Shown here: piece after piece, positions 25,286 through 35,312 of the stretch | Layout of the letters: every line of letters starts with the position of its first letter | Position numbering within the stretch: position 1 is the first letter of the stretch | Source: Oopsacas minuta | Lineage: Eukaryota; Animalia; Porifera | Direction: 5' to 3' | Length of the DNA: 64,000 bases | NCBI GenBank assembly: GCA_024704765.1 | Contig: JAKMXF010000055.1 | Span: 566,353 to 630,352, forward strand | Notes under the pieces: generated by a model | What the model was told of the DNA's origin: nothing | What the model saw: only the letters and a program-made list of their open reading frames with translations | The model's database searches: none | Position numbers and translations under genes: made by a program

Positions 25286-26059
25286 TTGCATTATGACCAC
25301 GAAAAATCGAGAACTCATTTAAAGAATTTTACTCAGGAGGAGATAATGTCCCACGTGGATCTCATTCATGATCAAAAATCGAAATTGTTTGGCGCTGTAA
25401 CATCAATTCAGACTTTCGTGGAAAGAACAAAATCTGGGAAGAAAATTTCAGGGAGACTATCTGAATTACATGGGAATGTAAGAACAAGAGATGATATCAT
25501 GAAAAATACTATAATATATTGCAGCAAGTTAGCATCAGCAAGAAAAACTGGAGGAGGTCGAGCAGATGCTGATATAAACGAAATAGAAGCTAAAATCAGT
25601 AGCATCAAAGGGAAGGAAGCTTTTGAAGGCATTGAATCCCAAAGTTCAAATGATGAAACTACAAGGATGCTCATGAGACCAGTTCCCTCTGAAGATATTG
25701 AAGAATTATTGATTTTCCAATAAGCCCCAAGAAAACGTCATCGTTTGGAAAATTACGAATTGGAATCGACCAAACGTGCAATTTTAAAGAATGAGGATAA
25801 GAAATTGGAGATTTTGACTAACATTGATTCTAAGCTAGATCGACTTGAGAGTAAATTCTATCGAGTGATCCAGATTTTGCAACACACAGCAGCGGATCAA
25901 TCGAAGACACTTTCTCTTCTAATGGCTCAAATTATGACTCCTCTGCCCCATTTTCAGACATCGCCCCATTCAGTTCCTACTTCTAATTTGTCTTCATTGC
26001 TTCATTACTTCAAAGTCAAGATTAGGAATACTGAATTAAGATTATTATGTTATATGTAA
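25286..26059 (+). pseudogene. Harbinger ORF2, Myb/SANT-like DNA-binding protein (one internal stop)
   Basis: KNFTQEEIMSHVDLI, KLFG, KKISGRLSELHGNVRTRDDI and ARK follow the trihelix-type pattern. It converges on the transposase ORF within the same TIRs. Confidence 0.7.
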
Positions 26060-26112
26060 GTCAGAGCCCCTATTTCAGTCATGTGCTCAGTCAATTAATT
26101 AAACTTCCTATG

Positions 26113-27150
26113 TCATGTGAAATAGTTCATAACTATATTTTCTCGAACTAAAATCCCATTATCTGAATGTTCAGTGTAGCCTGTTTCTGTGTAGGGCATG
26201 TCACTTTCCAAGTTTTCAATATCAATTTGAAGAACGCAATCAACACAAAAATTATGAAGTATCATGGAAGTTAAGATGAGTTCGCACACCCTCTCTGGTC
26301 TATAGCACAAACTACCACAAGTCTTGTCCATTGATCTCCATCTGCTCTTCCATATTCCAAAGGTACATTCAGTTGTCTTTCGAGTCTTCAGGAAAGCACT
26401 ATAATACCTTCTTTCGCGTGGTGCAACAAGAGATAGTAATGGAGTAATTAAATTTGGGCGCAACAGATAACCACTATCGCCCAGAAACCACCCATCAAGA
26501 ATTGGAATTTTTACTGGCGATCTTAAGATTGATTCCTGATTACCTCCATATGAACGCGTCATGTGTCCTGTCTGGCCACTTCACAACTACATCAATAAAC
26601 TTGAATACATCGTCATATATCGCTTGGACGTTAATTGAATGAAAACTTTTATGATTTACATAAATTGCTTCGTTGGTATTAGGTGCAAGAATTGGGATGT
26701 GTGAGCAGTCTATGCTACATAATACTTTAGGAAACCCGAACCTTTGTATAAATCCATGCTGCATGCTCATCTGTCTAGCAACAGTTGGAAATTGTATATA
26801 GTCTTTCGCAATTGATCACAATGCATCTGTTACACCTCTAACACGATTAGACACAGAGGGCTGGGAAATTCCATGAGCTGATGCAACCAAAGTTTGGAAA
26901 CTACCCATAGCTAGAAACTGAAGAGTGACCGCTAATTGAGTTGTGAACGAAAGTGAATGAGATCGGCTTGAGGATCGAGACATGAAAGTCTCAATTTTAT
27001 CATACAATACTAAGAACGTTTCTCTTCTGATTCTATAACAAAAAATAAACTCTACATCTGTGTACGCATCAATAAGGTTTACCCTGTCACAAAATTCTCT
27101 GGGTTGTAAACTGCCTATTTCCAGCTCCAAAAAACACAAAGCGAGGCCAT
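26113..27150 (-). pseudogene. Harbinger DDE transposase (HARBI1-like, DDE_Tnp_4), frameshifted
   Basis: QLAVTLQFLAMGSFQ, GISQPSVS, GFPKVLCSIDCSHIPI, FHSINVQAI, KWPDRTHDAFIWR, WFLGDSGY, ECTFGIWKSRW and ILHNFC. Confidence 0.92.
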
Positions 27151-27432
27151 GAGTTCATACAATAGTACACAAATGAGAAATGCAACGAGTATCCCTTTTC
27201 TCTTGGATGGGGCAATTGATCTCATTAATGATGAATCAAATATACAAGTATGTGAATTTTATTTCCTACTATGTGCATATCTCCGAAGAAAGCGATTGCG
27301 CAGTCGAATAAATTGACATAAATTTTATTAATCAATAGCAAGAATCACTCCAGTACAATTACCCAATTCTAAGAAATACACTCAGAATTCAGTTAAGAAT
27401 ACTTCCTAGAATTTTTGTTACTACGCCCCCCT

Positions 27433-27600
27433 GGCTGTGATGTTCCTTTTGATCGAAACTGATCTGGATAGCAGCATGCATACCCCTTTCTCCGAAGCCT
27501 CAGAGCGGTCATTCTTTCATTGCGAAGACTAAAAATCTACCTTCGAAGCACAACGAGGCAACAACGATTGGGTGGATTGACTTTAATGAAAGCTGGGGTA
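27433..27600 (+). pseudogene. hAT C-terminal dimerisation-domain relic that flanks (hosts) the Harbinger
   Basis: IAACIP and SERSF, then after a frameshift SLRRLKIYLRSTTRQQRLGGLTLM. Confidence 0.7.
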
Positions 27601-28755
27601 ATTACATGTTTGGAATCGGATCTTGACTTGATTGTGTACAAGTTTCGTTCTTCAAGTCAGCGCAGCTCTGAATTTCACTGATATTGTTTTAATTTATGCA
27701 CTTATTTCACATATAGATATTTATAGGATCGAAAGTGTTAAGGAGAGATTTGAGCATCAGTTTCTCATGTAATTGAGAGAAATTCATTACATTGTTATTG
27801 TAATAGCCCCATGGAAATTCCGCATTCTCCAGGATGCTCTGGGTATATAGGCCCGACCACATAGTTGGCATAACTACGCATATGGTCATTGGTGTATTAC
27901 CCCTATATGGCAATGAGGCTTAGCAATATGATATCATAAAATATTTTAAAGCTCTGAAATAAGATAATAGGAAAATTGTCGAAACTATTCGTAGGAAGCT
28001 AATAACCAATTTAATATTCAGCGCCTTGTGTACTATGGAATTTTGGGTTCATTTTGTCGGAGCGTGATATCAGAGAAATGACAAAAATACACACATTTCC
28101 ACCAAAGCGCTTGCTCATTTTTGGTTCTCAATTTTCATGATGTATATGTAGCATTATTTTGAGGTGTTGGTATAGCTTGGTTCGATACTAAGAACCAGGT
28201 GTTGAGGATTAGGGTATTGTGACCCAGTAATAGTAAATAATAAATTATGCTGTGCAATGAATTCTTGAGTTTCTTAATTGAAATTATCCAAAGGAAATTT
28301 CTAGAGACACTGATAAATTCTGAAGAAGGGTAAAATGGAACGGTTCGGAAATGCCGAAAAGGGTGCTCAAGTTGAAATAGTAATATAGATAATACATAGC
28401 TACATAAATATTTCCCTTATAGTAAATTTGATGGTAAATCAGTTGTATAATGAAATTTTTAATTTGATATTGGTGTGATTTGTAATAATTTGGAGACAGG
28501 ATATTTTTGGAAAATAATTTGTTATATTAGCAACCGAAGAAATTGAATAATTACAAAGGAAAAAATGGAGAAAATTTCTACTTTCCTGAGCTGTGTGCGA
28601 TTCAATTCCATAATAATACAGGAAATCAGAATAAGTTGTGAAACGATGTACATATGCAGAAACTATCAATTCCAATCAATATCTTGCCAGGTGGTGAAAA
28701 GAATCAATTTCCATGTTCTATGACTCAATATATACTGAATTCAATGGGTGTGTTG

Positions 28756-28791
28756 CACAGTGTGGCAAAATGGCTATAATGGGGAAATAGG
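28756..28791 (+). repeat. 3' TIR of the RAG1-like element: heptamer + 16-bp spacer + 13-bp block
   Basis: CACAGTG TGGCAAAATGGCTATA ATGGGGAAATAGG. Confidence 0.92.
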
Positions 28792-29061
28792 TAAATGAAT
28801 CTGTATTATCACCACAATTATACCTACATATACTAAGTCGACACTGTAGATATCAAAAGTACCAATGACTTTTTAGTAGCACGACTATAAACCTAGTTAT
28901 GGCGTAATTATTGACATTTTCTAATATATAACACTTGTGGTTCATTAGTGAGGATATTATGAAAGTTGATAATACATGCGTGTCATGGTCTCTATTCTGC
29001 TATTTGATAACGTACAATTTAAAGACCCTTAATTATGTATGACTATTGGATATACTTATTA

Positions 29062-31057
29062 TCATAAATGATCAGATAGTATACTATTATATAATATCTC
29101 TTGGAGGCTATGTGCAACGTCTCTTTTCTTCTTTGTGTGCATCAAACGATTCTGTACTAAGATGGGGTCACTACAACAAAACAACCTAACTAAAATATCT
29201 CTAACATTATCTGTGAAAGAAGTTTTTCTTGCAAGATTCTCCCGATACCGCCTTACAAATTTATTGCAGGATTCTAAACATTCCTCAGAGATATTCTGTA
29301 ATCCCTTATCATTATTGTAAGCACCTATTAACTGAAACGAATGGGCAAGTAACTTGTGCAAAGATGGAGTGATGCTTGCCCATGGGTACTCAACTAGAAT
29401 AAATTCGTACGTTTCTTTGCACAATTCTTGCATTTTGTCACAGTTAATCAAGTCACCACTGTTGAGGAGTCTTAACAAAACAGATAGATTTGCCTGGATC
29501 TTCTCTAATGATATTTTATCTGAAGGATGAATGGAAGAAGTGGCCCACGTCAAAAGTCTCTCATTTTAAAAAGCAGTCTCGCGCAATGTTACCTGTGGTT
29601 GAAGTGCCGCCCTGGCTTGAAGGGATATCGACACTGAAATTACATCTTTCCTGGAGTATAACTCGAACCCGTTTCATGGAAGAACTTACTTTCGAGTTTG
29701 ATGGCGCCCATACCTTGTGTCCTGCATCAAGATGGTATATCAACAGCATGAACCACCTGAATACACAAAGGTAAGGCATGCAAAGGAGACGCAGCTATAT
29801 TATCGCTGTTAGAAGTTGGTTGATGCGTAATACCAACATGTTGATTTGATGGGAGTTTCAAGTAATCTTCCCCATCAACCTCTTCAAAATGTTGCCAAGC
29901 GTGGCTAATTAATCTGTTAATAGGAAACCAGAATGGGCCCATTCTAAATTTTTAATTTGGCTATCAGTTGTAGTACACAGATGACAAGAAGCCACACCAG
30001 CTTCATCCAGCAATCCTGCCATCTTGATATCAAAAAGGGAATGGACTATCGCCCTGTGCATGGTCTCCAATAAGAGACAACCCATCCTGTATGATATGGT
30101 CTGTTTGAGGATTGACTATTGTGTTCATGATAAGCTTTATATTAGAATGTTCTTCTTTCAAAGCTATCAGTGCTACTGGCCTAAAGCAGAACGGAGAGTT
30201 GGGTGAGCTGTTATAGAACACGTCATTTCCAAGTGTGCCTGTAATTGATATTGCTTTGAATCCGAACAAAATGAGAGTATTTGTGCTTAATACAGAATTG
30301 TTGCTTTGTTGGTTATAGGTTTGATGACAATCGGAGCCATCCAATCCATCAGATATCTTAATTCTTAGTGAGTAGTGTGAATCAGGAACTGGGTCTAATG
30401 TTGAAAGCAAGCGTTGAATGGTCAGACTAAGGATGGAATGTTAAGAGACACAAGTCCCAATTGACAATGTTTCGGGGTCTCTAACTATTTCCATTTCATT
30501 TATTAGGCTTATTTCCCTACGATATTGCGAGACAAGCTTATAGGAAGGAAGCTTAACATCACCTTTGAGAATTCTTTTCAGATTCGTGTATTTACTCGCC
30601 CCAATTTCTAAGCTGTCCAATATATAAGCACATTTAGAGATTTGTACTTTGTACAATACACCGCTAAAAGATCCCTTATCAATTATTTCTCTGCACATGT
30701 CTGAAGTATCACGATCATAGTATTTATTTGAGACTAATCCTAAAGCTAGAGCGAGTGGTTGTTTAGGCTCAATCTTTTCTCTCTCTGCTAAAAAGTCTAC
30801 ATGCTCTAAAAGAACACCAAGTCTCGATCTGGAAGTCTTCATGTGACATTCGAGAATATTCCTCCTGGATTCAGTTAAAATCCGTTCTGAAAGTTTTGAT
30901 TTTCAGAATCAGTTACTACAGAAGGAATTTCAGGATCATGCGATATTCTCTTTCTTTGATTGGATATTGTTAGATGAGTAGAGTGGAAAATCATATTATC
31001 CCATGTTTCAAGATCCTTCCTGCGGTAAGCCTCTCTGGATGTTAGAAGTGATTTCAA
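29062..31057 (-). pseudogene. Transib/RAG1-core-like DDE transposase, one in-frame stop and about five frameshifts
   Basis: In order: NBD-like helices (30872-30660); DDBD-like CAYILDSLEIGASKYTNLKRILKGDVKLPSY; first Asp in KISDGLDGS (~30340); PNSPFCFRPVALIALKEE; second Asp in SLFDIKM (30029-30031); CHLC (29975-29986); SPLHAY; VDIPSSQGGTSTTGNIAR; YPWASITPSLHKLLAH; catalytic Glu in SEECLESCNKFVRRYRENLARK (~29273); SDP. Confidence 0.92.
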
Positions 31058-31835
31058 TTTGAAATGGATAGTAACAGTTTCTTCATCGGATCAATGGTTG
31101 TTCTCAATAAGTTTCCTAACAGAGACTGTAACTCTTCTTCCAATCGAAATATACAAACTTTATGCCTCATTGTTCGTGATTAATACAGACATGATCCGCT
31201 TAAGGGCTGCTCTAACATAGAAACATTATGATTTATAGTTGAAGAGTATTGGAATAACTAATAACCAGCAAAATATAGAATTTCACTGAAAAAATTTAAA
31301 CGCATGAATAATATATTTTTCGCATTTTTGTCCGGTCCGGACAATGAATGAGGTGATAAATTTTTGGGCAGCTTTTGGCAAGCCTGGAAAGTGATTAAAT
31401 AGTTGACTAAATATAGTAACATTATGTATATATTAATAACGTTTTGTCAAATTTTGTCAAACAAGAGATGCTACACTTCAATCAATGAGAAAAACTTCCA
31501 AATTATAACTTTGGGAGGGCCAAACTGGACACCCGGAAAAAGTACAAATGAATATCTAGACTAACCTAGCAATGATTAAATTGTTGTTACAATATAGATT
31601 TATTATCAGAAGATGTTTTTCACTCTTATATTTAGTATTTACATCAAATATGATTACATACATTAGGGCATAGGAATTTGCTGTTTGAGAATATATATTT
31701 CTATTATTAGAAACACATAACAAAGTTGTGCGTAGTTAGGATTCCTAACTGCTCTAATGCTGCCAATGATATTTTCGTACTAATTGAACTATGGAGAATT
31801 CGAAAAATGCATTGAAATATGTTTTTTTAAATATG

Positions 31836-31862
31836 CCTATTTCCCCATATTGCCACACTGTG
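31836..31862 (-). repeat. 5' TIR of the RAG1-like element: heptamer + 7-bp spacer + 13-bp block
   Basis: Reverse complement reads CACAGTG TGGCAAT ATGGGGAAATAGG. The same layout, with one substitution, is at 4466-4492. Confidence 0.92.
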
Positions 31863-32073
31863 TGTTGAATATAGAACTAAGATTGTAGGAATTAATCCTA
31901 CTAACTTCTACCTAATTACTCACTGTGTAGTTTATGAACTACTCTTACTGTGGTTACCTTGGCATAGAAATAAAATTTTCAAGTCACCAAAATAAACAAT
32001 AAGTGAAATTCCGGATGATGCAGCAAATGTTTCCAGAAATAGTAAATCTATTAAAACTCCGTTTCCGATAAAA

Positions 32074-34293
32074 CAGGGGTTCTTAACTGGAGGGAATTTC
32101 AACCCCTGGGGGTCAATGTGAAGATCTAGGACGCTAAAATATTTCTTATTCAATATAGACTATAGAGAAATGTGAATTCTTCAAGGATTCCAAATCTTGA
32201 TGGACAGAAAGAAAGCTAACTGAACAGATAAATAGCAATCTGGATCCAATTGTATAAATGTAAAGATAATCAATCTAATGGACATTTATAGCCTTCACTA
32301 CATCTTAATATATATTAAATTGAACATTATCTCGAAGAGTAGGAGCTGATAAATGCTATTTAGACTACGATTTCAACTTCATCATTAAGGATGGATTACA
32401 AGTTCCGCAATGCGTACTGTTCCAAAACCTTGTCTAAAGGATGCACGAAATCCTTCCAATTAAAACAGTACTTTGCAACGCAATATCCACAATGGAAAAG
32501 AAATAGTTTTTTGAACTTAAAGAGACAGTCTCCTGCGAGTCAAATTTGTTTCAATTGGAAGTTTCAGAACACTCTATGGCAGTTATAATAGCATCTTATG
32601 CCGTCGATTTCCAATCGCAAAGGCCAAAAACTCCCATACAATTAGAGAATCCCTTATGAAACGATGCATCGGAGTATGCATTAATTTGGAGCTGGAATTA
32701 CAGTCAGAAGAGTTAAACAGATATCGCTTTGCAAAGACAAAGTGAAGACAAGAAATGTCGAGATGTTAAGCAATATTAAGGATAAAGTAATTCTGAAGGG
32801 CAAACGATCTCCTTTCTTTGCCATACAGTTGGATGAATCGACAGACGTATAGAACCTTTCCGTGATCCTGGTTTTTACGAATTAATGAAAAGGAAATCTT
32901 GAAGAGGAAAATCTTTTCTTTCGGCCTTTAAATGGAACTACGAAAGGCGAAGATGTAAAAAAACGCTGTGGAGGACTTCTTCAATGACAATGGATTGACT
33001 TGGGACAAGTTGACAGGTGTGTACTGATGGGGCACCTGTTGTGCTCGGATTCCTTATTGGGTATATTTCTTTAGTGAACGTAGAAGTGTAAATGTCTAAG
33101 GTGTTCATTGACGTATCAATAAAGAAGCTCATGCATCCAAACTCTCCCTCATAACTTTAATTGGCAACTTCAAAGTATTGAAGTTGTGAACGATATCAAA
33201 GGATTGGCCTGAATACTCGACCTTTCCGTAGGTATTATGAGTCCATGGAAGCGAAGCCCTGCGATCTCCATGTTTACACACAAGTACGTCGTCTATGATA
33301 AGAAAATATGGTGGTGAAACGCGCGTTTGAATTATTGCAGGAATTGAAAACACTCATCAAGTATTATGGAAAACAAGTTTTGCTGGCAGATTTTAATGAA
33401 AAGGATCAGGGGAGCCTTGCATATCTCGCGGACATATTTGAGGAGGTGAATGATCTTAATGGGAAGATGAAAGGGGAAGGGATTGAACATAATTCACTAC
33501 GTCGATGCTATCAAGGGATTCTTAGCAAACATTCTCTCTGGAAACAAGGATTGAAAAGGGATATATACAACCTTCAGTAATCATTGTAATGTCGTTGGAG
33601 AAATGGAAATTTCCAAGGAATTGAAAATGGAGTTTCTGAATCATTTAAGGGATCTGGGAGAAGTATTCCAACACTATTTTCACGCAGACCTCTACACAAA
33701 GCACGTGATAATGTGCATGACGAGGAATCCTTATTGTTGTGAAGGAAATAACATTCGTATTGAACTCTAAGAAGAGTTTTTGGAGCTCCAAAATGACTCC
33801 TCGGCAAGATACACATTCAAAGAGAAAGAATTGCATGATTTTTGTGAGGAAATGACTCTTCTTTATCCCTAAACAAGGTGATATGCATTGAAATTTTTGT
33901 AATCATTCTCTTCAACTTACCTATGTGAGTCTGGATTTTATACACTATTGTTCATCAAAACAAAACTAGAAACAAATTGAGTGTGGAAGATGATCAACTT
34001 TGAGCGCTGACGAATACTGCACCTTCGATTTACTAGTTGGTCATGAAAAAACATTGTCAAACATCACAATAATTGACTAGTATATTCATAGCGATAAAGA
34101 ATTGCAATTTCATACATTCTCTTTGCGTAGTTAGTATATCGTAATGCAGGAATTATGATGACTATAGTGTGTTGATAACAATACAAAATCTCATACCTAG
34201 TTCAATATTTTGGAATGCGTAGAAATACAAGGAGAACAATCTTGATTAGGTACCAAGAAGGGGGAGATGTTCAAATAAGGTAGAGAACTAGTG
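32074..34293 (+). mobile_element. hAT Buster/Charlie-type transposon, full length, heavily decayed
   Basis: The 5' end is CAGGGGTTCTTAAC and the degenerate 3' end is GTAGAGAACTAGTG. The 8-bp flanks CGATAAAA and CCATAGAA (6/8 identical) fit the nnnTAnnn pattern. Remnants FAIQLDESTDV, GVCTDGAP, LAYLADIFEEVNDLN and FSSTYLCESGF. Confidence 0.85.
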
Positions 34294-34738
34294 CCATAGA
34301 ATGGGGATTGGATTTTCAAGATCTGGCTCAAACATGGCACCTCTTGAAATATTAAAGATTTTACACATTTCAGCTGGACTATTAGGAATCATCGTACTGT
34401 AAAGAGACAACCATATTGCAAACACTGCTACATTTTAAGGTGATCATCCCTAGACCTGGACACAATATATTTTTGGCGGATATATATAGAAATTGAAAAT
34501 ATATATAGTTCAAATTGTCAAGATATAATTTGACCACTCTGAAATAGCATTGAAAATGATATTACCCCAGTAGGCTGACACCTTTGAAATTTCAATACAA
34601 AATGTTAAGCAAGTATTTTAGTGAATGAAGCCTATGAAAAGCACTGATAGAAAATACATATGGTCTACTTAGTACCAAGACAAGGAATTAACTTTCTAAT
34701 TAAAATACCTAGCCGATGGAAAGTTAACTAATGCTTAC

Positions 34739-35312
34739 CTAGAAACAGTATCAGATTTTCGAAATTCAGTAACAAGTAGATTTAGACAAGACATATGCAG
34801 ATATTCCAAAATAAACAAATAATCCTTAAGATAAATTCCTGAGACAGAATGTTCGATTAATGCACGAAGTTGGCTCGTCAAAATAATTGAACATTCAGGA
34901 CTAGACTTCAAAATGTCTAAAAATCCAACTATCCAATATTCTTTCTTGTAAGTAGCAATGGTATCAATAAACGAATTAGACTTTAACAAAGAAATATATA
35001 CTGCTTCATTCAAAGTAACTTTATGAATAATATCAATTACAATTCCTGAATAAATGAAATGTTGAAAAACACATCGAAATCTCTCCGACTGCATAGTGAC
35101 TGTCTTTAACAATTTAGCCCAGAAATTCACAGGGGCATCAGATTCAACACCAAGAATATGCAAACATTTTACAAACAAAATAGGGAAATGATTCCTCAAG
35201 CGGAGAATCGTATAAAAGAAATTTCCTTCAGAAGAATGCCCATTAACATAATCCAAAGATAATCTGTGAAGAATAAATCTGATAGTGAGAGCCACAGATT
35301 TAAACGAGTAAT
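34739..35312 (-). CDS. Candidate host exon (574 nt, open frame), unknown hydrophobic/helical protein
   Basis: A stop-free frame (ORF 34735..35331) in AT-rich DNA, bounded by acceptor TTTTTTTTAG|AT at 35313/35312 and donor AG|GTAAGC at 34739/34738. No TE motif recognised. Confidence 0.55.

Larger units (their letters stand above)
24633..27432. mobile_element. PIF/Harbinger transposon with two convergent ORFs, full length, defective
   Basis: ~65-bp imperfect TIRs (CAGGGAGCATATAAATAAAAATTCTAAGAAGTATACTTAAC versus CAGGGGGCGTAGTAACAAAAATTCTAGGAAGTATTCTTAAC) enclose a minus-strand transposase and a plus-strand Myb/SANT-like ORF. Confidence 0.88.
28756..31862 (-). mobile_element. Complete Transib/RAG1-like transposon (3,107 bp) with RSS-heptamer termini and 5-bp TSD
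   Basis: TGTTG at both 28751-28755 and 31863-31867. Termini are CACAGTG (28756-28762) and CACTGTG (31856-31862). A single minus-strand transposase pseudogene carries Transib/RAG1-core motifs. Confidence 0.95.

Noticed and set aside
28792-31862. A RAG2-like gene or a true RAG1 gene call
   Set aside because: No kelch/PHD-like ORF on either strand and no RING finger. The core has many Transib-style motifs, so no gene symbol is assigned.
31921-31927. Extra CACTGTG near the element end (also CACAGTG at 8010-8016 and 19813-19819)
   Set aside because: None is followed by the TGGCAA and ATGGGGAAATAGG TIR sequence or paired with a TSD. The true end at 31862 is fixed by the TGTTG duplication.
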